Positions 29,933-38,209 of a DNA stretch of 64,000 nt are shown in pieces. This stretch comes from Desulfatiglandales bacterium (GTDB taxonomy: Bacteria; Desulfobacterota; DSM-4660; Desulfatiglandales; Desulfatiglandaceae), in contig OY762721.1 in assembly GCA_963666345.1 (NCBI GenBank), positions 2,208,001 to 2,272,000 on the forward strand, read 5' to 3'. Under the pieces are notes generated by a model, which did not search any database, had not been told where the DNA came from, and saw nothing but the letters and a program-made list of their open reading frames with translations. The stretch's first letter is position 1; the number at the start of each line of letters is the position of its first letter. Made by a program: the position numbers and the translations under genes.

Positions 29933-30538
29933 CTATGCCATGGCCTTTAATGCCGCCCTTATCAGATCTTCAAGGGTTATCCCTTCTTTTGCATTTGAAA
30001 ATGCCTTTTTGATCGCCCTTTCCGCTATTTTTTTCGGGTAGCCGAGATTCTGAAGCGCTGAAAGCGCATCATCCAGCATCCGGTTATCCTTGAATTCATG
30101 GTCATCGGCGGGCAGATAACTTTCCCGGGAACAGATCTTGTTTGCGCGATCTTTCAGCTCAAGGGCTATCCTTTCGGAGGTCTTTTTGCCGACTCCAGGT
30201 ATGGCCTGCAAAAGTAGCGCATCCCCTGAGGCTATAGCTTCAAGCAGTTCCTTGGGCCCGATCCCTGAAAGGATGTTTATTGCCAGTTTAGGTCCTATGC
30301 CGGAAACAGATATGAGCATGAGGAAGATTTCTTTTTCAAGGAGGGTGTTAAAGCCGAACAAGAGTAGCGCGTCCTCCCTGACATGGGTGAAGATATAAAG
30401 CCGGGTTTTCTCATCTTTCTCCGGCAGGCAGTAGAATGTGGAAAGAGGGATAAATACCTCATATCCGACCCCTCCGGTATTGATTATTGCAGACTGTGTC
30501 GATTTTTTGAATAAGAGACCCTCTAGATGTGCAATCAT
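29933..30538 (-). CDS. ruvA: Holliday junction DNA-binding subunit
   Basis: GGVGYEV, HVREDA..LFGF, VSGIGPKLA, IPGVGKKT. Confidence 0.96.
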   Translation of the reverse strand: MIAHLEGLLFKKSTQSAIINTGGVGYEVFIPLSTFYCLPEKDEKTRLYIFTHVREDALLLFGFNTLLEKEIFLMLISVSGIGPKLAINILSGIGPKELLEAIASGDALLLQAIPGVGKKTSERIALELKDRANKICSRESYLPADDHEFKDNRMLDDALSALQNLGYPKKIAERAIKKAFSNAKEGITLEDLIRAALKAMA

Positions 30539-30544
30539 ATTTTT

Positions 30545-31039
30545 TTAAGAACTTTTCCTTGATGTTGTAAGGTAATGAGTCGTATTGAGATGACATATGG
30601 CGGTGGCCAAAGCATCCGAGGTGTCCAGGCATGAAATCGATTTCAGGTTGAGTATGACCTTGACCATGGTCCTTACCTGCTCTTTGTCCGCTCTGCCGTA
30701 ACCTACGACCGATTTTTTGATTTCAAGAGGTGTGTATTCAAATATCCTGACACCGCATTTAACGGCTGCTGTCAGTATGACCCCTCTGGCATGCCCCAGT
30801 TTAAGGGAACTCTTTACGTTCTTCGCGTAGAACATGTCCTCAATGGCCATTTCTGAAGGATGGTAGTTATTCATTATGTCCAACATCGATTCGAATATGA
30901 AGTATATCCTCTCGTAAAAGGGAATCTTGGCAGGGGGGCTTATATATCCGGAGTGAACGCAGGTCAGCTCGTTTTTTTCCTTATTTATCAGTCCGAACCC
31001 TGTGATCCTCGAGCCGGGATCAACCCCCAGCACGAGCAT
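30545..31039 (-). CDS. ruvC: Crossover junction endodeoxyribonuclease
   Basis: LGVDPG, AIED, LGHARG, GYGRADKEQV, DALATAICH. Confidence 0.96.
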   Translation of the reverse strand: MLVLGVDPGSRITGFGLINKEKNELTCVHSGYISPPAKIPFYERIYFIFESMLDIMNNYHPSEMAIEDMFYAKNVKSSLKLGHARGVILTAAVKCGVRIFEYTPLEIKKSVVGYGRADKEQVRTMVKVILNLKSISCLDTSDALATAICHLNTTHYLTTSRKSS

Positions 31040-31785
31040 TATCCTGCCGCCTCCAGTACATCATCAGAGATATCGAAATTTGCGTAGACATTGCTCACGT
31101 CATCATTGTCCTCAAGCGCCTCCATCAGAGAGATCATCTGCTGGGCCTTTTTACCCTCTACTTTTACGGTGTTGCTGGGCGTCTTGGTGACCTCTGCCAA
31201 AGTGTATTCCACGCCTTCGTTTTCAAGCGAGGCCCTTACCGTTTCAAAATCAGACGGGTCTGTTATGACCTCAAACTGCGCATCCTCTTCATTTACATCT
31301 TCAGCGCCTGCTTCAAGTGCAAGGTCAAACAGTTTTTCCTCATCCACACTGCTTTTTTCAACAATTATGAGCCCTTTTTTTTCAAAAATCCACGCCACGC
31401 AGCCGGGCTCCCCAAGATTTCCGCCGTTCCGCTCAAAGAGGTGCTTTACATCTGCCACCGTCCTGTTTTTGTTGTCTGTGAGGCATTCGACAAGTACGGC
31501 TACGCCGCCAGGCCCATAGCCCTCATAACTGGATTCTTCATAATTGACCCCATCCAGTTCTCCTGTGCCTTTTTTTATGCCCCGTTCAATATTATCCTTT
31601 GGCATGTTTTCGGCCTTGGCCGCGGCAATAGCTTGCCTCAAGCGGGGATTTCCATCAGGATCGCCGCCGCCCATTCGAGCAGCAACTGTTATCTCTTTGA
31701 TAAGCCTGGTAAAAATTTTGCCCCTTTTCGCATCGGCAGCACCCTTTTTATGCTTTATGGAGCTCCATTTTGAATGTCCCGACAT
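31039..31785 (-). CDS. yebC: YebC/PmpR family protein
   Basis: [29 protein letters not shown]; typical position upstream of ruvC. Confidence 0.95.
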   Translation of the reverse strand: MSGHSKWSSIKHKKGAADAKRGKIFTRLIKEITVAARMGGGDPDGNPRLRQAIAAAKAENMPKDNIERGIKKGTGELDGVNYEESSYEGYGPGGVAVLVECLTDNKNRTVADVKHLFERNGGNLGEPGCVAWIFEKKGLIIVEKSSVDEEKLFDLALEAGAEDVNEEDAQFEVITDPSDFETVRASLENEGVEYTLAEVTKTPSNTVKVEGKKAQQMISLMEALEDNDDVSNVYANFDISDDVLEAAG

Positions 31786-31896
31786 GAGAAGTCCTCCTAT
31801 ATACAAAATAAAAAATTATTTCAGCAAGCAGATGATGTTTGGATCTGCGGCTCGTTGTCAAAAAAAGCCTTCAGAACAGGAAATATGCTCAGTGAT

Positions 31897-32502
31897 CTAA
31901 AAAGTCCCGGACCGATTAAGGTGTTGCAGACCAAGGACATATACCTCTCTGCTGCGTTTTCGTATCGCCTTCGGTCTTAGAAGTTTTATTGTTCTGAAAT
32001 TGTGCGATAGTTCCGAGGTGAAGGTCTTAAGCTCTTCTCCTTCGAAGACCTTGCAAAGGAAGTTTCCCTTTTTTCTCAGGGCCGCACGGGCAATTTCCAG
32101 TGCCCGCTGCGCAAGTGCGAGCGAGCGGCTCTCGTCTGTTGTCTTTATGCCTGTTGTGGAAGGCGCCATGTCGCTTATCACAATGTCGACGGCACCTGTT
32201 TCCATAGTTAACTTTTCAATTTCAAGACTGAAGACATCGGCATGGATAAATCTGAAATTTGCGGAACTGAGCCTTTCAGGTTTTTTCAGATCAATACCGA
32301 AGACCAGGCCTCCATCCCCCACGCTTCTGATGCAGTATTGCGACCATGAACCGGGATAACATCCCAGATCCAGAACTTTCATGCCCTTCTTAAGGATTTT
32401 ATGCCTTCTGTTGATCTCTTCAAGTTTGAAAACCGAGCGTGCAAGCCATTTGTCTTTCTTGGCCTGGCGGGCATAATGGTCATCCCACCTGTTACCTTTC
32501 AT
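31897..32502 (-). CDS. rlmE: 23S rRNA U2552 2'-O-methyltransferase (RlmE/FtsJ family)
   Basis: ARSVFKLEEI, VLDLGCYPGSWSQ, ISDMAP, KVFEG, SREVY. Confidence 0.9.
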   Translation of the reverse strand: MKGNRWDDHYARQAKKDKWLARSVFKLEEINRRHKILKKGMKVLDLGCYPGSWSQYCIRSVGDGGLVFGIDLKKPERLSSANFRFIHADVFSLEIEKLTMETGAVDIVISDMAPSTTGIKTTDESRSLALAQRALEIARAALRKKGNFLCKVFEGEELKTFTSELSHNFRTIKLLRPKAIRKRSREVYVLGLQHLNRSGTF

Positions 32503-32731
32503 TTTATGACCTTTAGCATATATGCAGTTCCAATGCAAAAGAAAAGCTGAGAGGCCTAAGGCCTTTAAGCGCCCTGTATCCGGTAACTGAATGGGTCCGA
32601 ATTTAAGGGTATTTAACGAATCGGATAATGGGCCTCTTTTAGGCAGCCATTATGTCCCCAATCCGTCTATTGGTAATAGAACCGCAAGATAAAGAGGAGG
32701 TTAAAGCGCGGGAATACTCAGGCCATAAGTA

Positions 32732-34846
32732 TCATTTTGTGGTAAAGACGGTTACCCCGTCCCAATCGTCGGCAGGAGGGGAATTGCGATATCTTCTTAT
32801 CCTTTCCATGTATAATCGAGACGGCCCGTCTTCAGGGAAAATTGAACGGGCTTTCCCAAGATAAGCCTCAGCGCCTTTCCAGTCCATTTTTCTGTATGAG
32901 GCAAGACACGATTCGAAGAGATCAGCTAATTCGAGACGTAAGGGATCAATGTCGGCTGCAAATCCCATAAGCTCATAGATTTTAACTGCGTTCTTTTTCC
33001 CTTTTACCATGACCAGATCCAACTCCCGCAATACAAATCTGCTGTCAAGATTATCAGCAGTAGACTGAGTTATGATTATTGAGGTACCATATACCTTGTT
33101 GAGGCCCTCTATCCTTGATCCGAGATTGACCGTGTCACCGATCACGGTATAGTCCATGAACTGGCTGCTTCCTAGATTTCCTACCACTACCTGGCCGGTG
33201 TTGAGCCCTATGCCGACCCTGAGCTGCTCAAGGCCCTTTACTCCGCCTTTTTCATTCAGCCTTTTGAGCGCGTCCACCATTTGAAGAGCTGTTTCAGCTG
33301 CCTTTATTTCATGGTCCTCCAATCTGGCGGGGGCCCCGAAAAAGGCCATTATGGCATCACCTATAAGCTTGTCCAGGGTACCTTTGTGCTCGAATACCAC
33401 CGATATCATGGCGTCAAAATAGGTGTTTAAGAGCTGTCCCGTCTCCTGGGGGTTCAACTTTTCAGAGATTGAGGTAAATGATCTCAGGTCTGAAAAGAGT
33501 ACCGTAACTTCCTTTGACCTGCCTTTAAGATCTACTGCCTCCTCTCCTTCTATAAGGTCGTTTACCACATCTGGTGAAACGTATTTTCCAAAAAGATTTG
33601 TTATGAATTTAGCCTTGATCCTGCTGAAAACCTTCTGAACCGAGGTTCCACCAATAAACTGCAAAAGGAGCACCAATACCGGCGCGGATATTCTAAGCCA
33701 TATTAGGTAGCGGGAAAACAGAATATGAGAAATGCCGAACAGGAGGCTGATTTGAAAAAGAAGGATTAAAGAGGCAAATAGAAACCCCGGCCTCTGCATG
33801 TAAAAAAGCAGCCCCAGGCACCCCGCTATAAATGTAAGCGCCAGTATGTATGACGAGGGAACCTCGTGAAAAAATCTCTGGCTCAAGATGGTTTCAACTG
33901 CATGTGCGTGACAGGCGACGCCTGCCGTCTTGATATCCTTTGCCACCAAAAGGTCGGCAAATTTGTTCCTATAAGAGCTGTTTTCATCTTTTCTGCCCGG
34001 GAAGGGTGTTGAATAAAAATCCCTGTCGGTTGCCAGACTGCTGCCTATAATGACGATCTTGCCTTTTACAAGATCGGCCGGGAATCGGTTTTTGACGGCA
34101 TCGGCATATTTCAGCCGTTCAAAGACATCCTCTCCTCCCAGGTAATTAATCATAAGATCGGGATAAGGGAGTTTAATCCGCTGCTCACCACTTTTTCCAA
34201 CAGTGAAATGGTCCTTTTCAGAGAAGTCAAATGTAAAATCTATGTTAAGAAAGGTCCTTGCAAGTTCCAGGGAAAAACCGGGGGAAAGGCTTATGCCTGA
34301 ATCGGTAGGTTTTATGCTTAAAAGGGGGATTCTTCTTAAGACATCATCAATGTCGGTCGTAGTATTGATGAAACCGTCCCCTATCATGGCATCCTGAAAG
34401 ATTGGAAGTGGATTTACCTCTCCCCTGTCCTCTGATGCCACAAATTTGGCCAGAACCACACTGCCGCATTCTTCTATGGCTTCTGAAAGAAGCAGATCTT
34501 CTTTTTGATCATGACCGGGTGCAAAAAGGACAAGGTCAATGCCTATTATCTCCGAGCCTGCATTGCACAGGTTTTCTATGGCCGTTGCCAGATTTTTTCT
34601 GGACCATGATCCCTTTTTTCTTTTCAGTTCGCGGGCGCTTTGCTGATCCATCAGTACCAGCATGACCTTGCCGGAGGGAGGTCTCGGCCCTTTCAATCTG
34701 AAATGGCCGTCATATATGGCAAGATCGCCCCTGTCGAGGAGATTATAAGTAGCGGCCACGCATATTGCTGAAATGAAGAAAAGAGACAGGAAAAGGGAGT
34801 ATAAAAGTTGTTTTTTTTTGAACCGTTTTTTGGTGTTCATTTTCAT
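32732..34846 (-). CDS. CHASE2-domain membrane class III adenylate cyclase with TPR-like tail
   Basis: N-terminal TM, CHASE2, three TMs, LFSDLRSFT, DKLIGDAIMAFF, YTVIGDTVNLGSRIEG, WDGV end. Confidence 0.9.
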   Translation of the reverse strand: MKMNTKKRFKKKQLLYSLFLSLFFISAICVAATYNLLDRGDLAIYDGHFRLKGPRPPSGKVMLVLMDQQSARELKRKKGSWSRKNLATAIENLCNAGSEIIGIDLVLFAPGHDQKEDLLLSEAIEECGSVVLAKFVASEDRGEVNPLPIFQDAMIGDGFINTTTDIDDVLRRIPLLSIKPTDSGISLSPGFSLELARTFLNIDFTFDFSEKDHFTVGKSGEQRIKLPYPDLMINYLGGEDVFERLKYADAVKNRFPADLVKGKIVIIGSSLATDRDFYSTPFPGRKDENSSYRNKFADLLVAKDIKTAGVACHAHAVETILSQRFFHEVPSSYILALTFIAGCLGLLFYMQRPGFLFASLILLFQISLLFGISHILFSRYLIWLRISAPVLVLLLQFIGGTSVQKVFSRIKAKFITNLFGKYVSPDVVNDLIEGEEAVDLKGRSKEVTVLFSDLRSFTSISEKLNPQETGQLLNTYFDAMISVVFEHKGTLDKLIGDAIMAFFGAPARLEDHEIKAAETALQMVDALKRLNEKGGVKGLEQLRVGIGLNTGQVVVGNLGSSQFMDYTVIGDTVNLGSRIEGLNKVYGTSIIITQSTADNLDSRFVLRELDLVMVKGKKNAVKIYELMGFAADIDPLRLELADLFESCLASYRKMDWKGAEAYLGKARSIFPEDGPSRLYMERIRRYRNSPPADDWDGVTVFTTK

Positions 34847-35832
34847 CGATTCAAGGCCAGGAACTGCAATCTTTCTCCTTCAATCCCGCCAAGGGATTCC
34901 GATACGATGACCATAACACGACATTGACTTAATATCTGACTGGCGGCATCCTCTTGTTTAAGCCTTTTTGCATCCCTTTCGCTTATCACAAGGTTGGTTT
35001 TCATGAGGCCGGTTGCCTCTTTTGCGTCACTTATTATATAGGTTTCCCTGCGTTTACGCCTCTTTTTTTCCGCGGCCTCCACGGATGGAACCGATAGTAT
35101 CCTCATGACTCTGGCAAAACGAAGCATGTTTGAACTGGAGAGTAATTCTTCCCGACTCTTCCCGCTCACAACATAGCGGGCCATACCTCTTTTGACGAGG
35201 GCCTCTTCGTTTACATTGCTCAATTCATACACAGGTTCCCCTTTTTCAGATATTACCTCCGGAAACACGGCAGGCTTGACCGAGCCTTGATTTTCCAACC
35301 CTCTGGCATCAAGAAGAAGCCAGGGCATTGAGGGGTCTTCAAAAAAAGGAGATTTAGGCTTCGGGAATTTATTCCATGAAGTGGTTTTTCCCTTTACCTG
35401 TTCGAGAAAGCGACTGGTTAAACCCTTTACTCCGGTCATTTTCGCCCTGTAGGTTACTTCAAAACAGGGCTCGTCCCCCCTTTCTTTAAATGTCCTTTCA
35501 TATGGTTCGTAAAGGACAAGCCCCTTGAGTTGAATAATCACCTTCTTTTGCCTCAATTGAGCCAGGGTATTGGAGTCATCCATCCTCAAACCGGAAGCCA
35601 CCTTAAGAATCGAACTCAGTGCCTCAGCCTGTGCAACCCTCAAGGCCCTTGCCCGTGATCCCTGATTAAGATGAGGGAACCCTCTTCCGATTCCGTAGAA
35701 ATACCCATTGTCCCAGTCTATCTTTCCCTGGGGCAGGTATTCGACAAAAGAAGAAAAGTCTCTATCAGCGGCCAGGATTGGTGTCGTGATAAAGATAAAA
35801 AGGAAACAAAACAGAAGCTTGTATTTTTTCAT
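34843..35832 (-). CDS. Exported hypothetical protein (LPP20-like N-terminal region)
   Basis: Signal peptide; GKIDWDNG..YGIGRG...ALRVAQAEA; C-terminal LLLDARG...PAVFP module; 4 nt overlap with the cyclase. Confidence 0.55.
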   Translation of the reverse strand: MKKYKLLFCFLFIFITTPILAADRDFSSFVEYLPQGKIDWDNGYFYGIGRGFPHLNQGSRARALRVAQAEALSSILKVASGLRMDDSNTLAQLRQKKVIIQLKGLVLYEPYERTFKERGDEPCFEVTYRAKMTGVKGLTSRFLEQVKGKTTSWNKFPKPKSPFFEDPSMPWLLLDARGLENQGSVKPAVFPEVISEKGEPVYELSNVNEEALVKRGMARYVVSGKSREELLSSSNMLRFARVMRILSVPSVEAAEKKRRKRRETYIISDAKEATGLMKTNLVISERDAKRLKQEDAASQILSQCRVMVIVSESLGGIEGERLQFLALNR

Positions 35833-35879
35833 ATGTCTAATTGCGAAGGATGGTTGTTCGTAATCTTGTATATCTCCGA

Positions 35880-37022
35880 TTACTTAGCGAACTTAATTTC
35901 AAGGATATTCGCTTGAAGTCCAAGGATCTCTAATGCGGGAGCTTTCATTGCAGCGATCTTTTCAGCCAGCTCCTCGAGAGGGCCCTCATATTTTACCTCC
36001 AGCAGCGCATGGCCGGAATGAAAACTCCTCACCTGAGCGTCATTAAGTCCTCGGATTTTAATCAGACCCTTTTTGAAAAGATTCAGCTCGGAAAAAGAGG
36101 CCTTTTCTATCTTGAGCTGATAACTGCTTGCATTAAATATGTCTTGCCGCCATTGTTCGAGTATCCCCGCTACCATCTCATCGGCAAGTTCGCTTGTAGC
36201 GTCTTCCAGCGGCAGCATCGCCTCTGCTCCCGAGGCAGGACGGGTTCTGAAATCCGAAAACAGGATCTTGGCGGTGTCCGCTTCAAATGCCTTCAACCTT
36301 ATTTCGTTTGTGAAAAAACGTGTCGGCCTTCCAAAGATGCTTCTTTTATTTACAAAAGACCTTCGGACCTCACCCTGAACAAGAATCTCCGCGCCCAGCT
36401 CTTTTGCAATCATTGACGCCCTCTTTGGATCACCCCCGAGAAGAAGGCTTTCAAGCTCCTTTTTGCGGCTGACCTGGCCTGCGTCAACCAGTTGGAATCC
36501 CTTTTCGATCAATGTCCTTTCAAGCTGGTTCTCCGCATTGCGATTGCCCTCAAGGGCTACGCCCATAAAGGAACTGTCCACTTCACTGCTGTAAATTACA
36601 ACCATAACCCTGGGGTTTCGCTTTTTTCGGATTATCAGCCCTATTGATATCAGGTCGTTTTCCAGCTTGCCCATCTTAACCCGGGCTTTTATCTCCACCT
36701 CATACAGATCCTCCTGGACGCCCTGCCTTAAGATATCATAGCTTTGGATATAGCCGCCACTCTCCGTGTAGATGCGTTCCTCGACAAGGCGTTGCTGCTC
36801 GACGGTCAGCTCTGCGGTAACAAATGTCCCCACTCCCTGCTCAACCGCCTGACGGAGCGCGTCGTTAAGGGCTTCGTCCCTTGCCCGGGCGGATTTTCCA
36901 TCTGCGACACCCAGCGCTATGACCTCTTTTGCCTGCTGATCGGCATAAGCAGGGTCGGGGACAGGAACAAGGAATAGAGAAACAAGACAAGAGATCAGAA
37001 CAATTCGCGATATCCTAGCCAT
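35880..37022 (-). CDS. Exported protein with FlgT N-terminal-like domain
   Basis: Signal peptide; ARDEALNDALRQAVEQGVG.FV...IY.ES.GYI..Y.IL...YEV.IKARV pattern. Confidence 0.7.
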   Translation of the reverse strand: MARISRIVLISCLVSLFLVPVPDPAYADQQAKEVIALGVADGKSARARDEALNDALRQAVEQGVGTFVTAELTVEQQRLVEERIYTESGGYIQSYDILRQGVQEDLYEVEIKARVKMGKLENDLISIGLIIRKKRNPRVMVVIYSSEVDSSFMGVALEGNRNAENQLERTLIEKGFQLVDAGQVSRKKELESLLLGGDPKRASMIAKELGAEILVQGEVRRSFVNKRSIFGRPTRFFTNEIRLKAFEADTAKILFSDFRTRPASGAEAMLPLEDATSELADEMVAGILEQWRQDIFNASSYQLKIEKASFSELNLFKKGLIKIRGLNDAQVRSFHSGHALLEVKYEGPLEELAEKIAAMKAPALEILGLQANILEIKFAK

Positions 37023-37042
37023 CTCTTCCTCTTTTTAAGGTT

Positions 37043-37963
37043 TTAATAAGCCGGTTTTACGGTCATTCCCTTTTTGACTCCGCAGCCTTCCTTTATGGTG
37101 CATATGGAAAGCTTCTTTTTGACTCGCACCGCTTCTATGGTCGCCACCTTTTCAATATCTTCATCCAGTACCTCACCCGTATCAGGATCCCTGAGCAGCT
37201 CTGAACGGCCTACCTCGAACATGTCTCCCTGGCTTACTCCTTCTCTTTCGCCTCGGTTTATGTAGACCTTGCCTCCCTTTATAAGGACCACCGCTCCGGT
37301 CCAGGGTATGCCATCCAGTTTCGACACCAGGAACTCAACCCCTTCATCAACGGCCATTTCAATCGCCTTGCCGGCGTTGGTCTTTTTAAAACCACCCACA
37401 TCACCGCTGAAACCGCCCTTGGAAAGGCCCAAAGACAAGGCCTTTTTGGACACCTTTCCGTAACATTTCTTGGAGGCCATTACCTGCCCTGTAGTGGAAT
37501 TTACAATATACATGACCGTGTTTATCTCTGATGCACCGCCGCTTGCCCCGATCCTGAAACCGCCTATGCCTATTCCTCCACCGCCCCCGCTGGTACCGTC
37601 TTCAAAGTGGGTAATCTCTCCCTTTATCAGTAGTTGCGCCGGAGTCATTTGACCTGTAGCCACTTTTTTGCCGCCTCCTGCAGCCCTTCCGCTGGCGGCA
37701 AAGTCCTGTTCATTTAATGCCTCACCCCTCATGTCTTTTTCACCGATGACTATAAATTTTCCGGTCTGGTTCAGGCTGTCGGTAAGGACCGCTCCCCAGG
37801 CGTTACCCAAGTTCCAGCTCCCGGACCAGGCGGAGCTGTTTTTGAATTTTGCTACGGCTATGGAATATCTGAGGGACCCTTCCCCTGCGAATGAAGGAAC
37901 CGAAACAGAGGTTAAGAGACCAATAATAATACCCAATAATATGATTTTATAAAATGATTTCAT
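37043..37963 (-). CDS. CsgG/HfaB-family protein with FlgT-C-like C-terminal beta domain
   Basis: IAVAKF.N, L..TGKF.VI...ALNEQD, LLIKGEITHFE, VNSTTGQV; C-terminal VYINRG..EGV..GD.F.V...DPDTGE. Confidence 0.75.
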   Translation of the reverse strand: MKSFYKIILLGIIIGLLTSVSVPSFAGEGSLRYSIAVAKFKNSSAWSGSWNLGNAWGAVLTDSLNQTGKFIVIGEKDMRGEALNEQDFAASGRAAGGGKKVATGQMTPAQLLIKGEITHFEDGTSGGGGGIGIGGFRIGASGGASEINTVMYIVNSTTGQVMASKKCYGKVSKKALSLGLSKGGFSGDVGGFKKTNAGKAIEMAVDEGVEFLVSKLDGIPWTGAVVLIKGGKVYINRGEREGVSQGDMFEVGRSELLRDPDTGEVLDEDIEKVATIEAVRVKKKLSICTIKEGCGVKKGMTVKPAY

Positions 37964-38000
37964 TCTTTATGTCCCTCCCTTTTTAAGACTTTGATATGAA

Positions 38001-38029
38001 AAGATATATTAAATTGTATTTATTGTCAA
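38001..38029 (-). promoter_or_regulatory. Putative sigma70 promoter of the csgG-like operon
   Basis: Minus strand TTGACA-N17-TATCTT, about 40 nt upstream of ATG 37963; AGGGAGG RBS follows. Confidence 0.55.
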
Positions 38030-38209
38030 AGATGAATTTAAGCCCTGATTTATCATCAAAACGTCATCTGCGGCGTATAGATCGTCTGTATCAAAGCGTT
38101 TTCCTGAGCGCAGTGGCGCTAAAATATCCTTCCGGTGTCAGCGGGTAATCAGGCTTCACGATTATGCCTTATTGCGCATGAATTGGATACTGAAATCCGT
38201 TTATGTCTG

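Noticed and set aside
38060..38080. CGTCATCTGCGGCGTA as another copy of the 5868 repeat family
   Set aside because: Match too short and the flanks do not align
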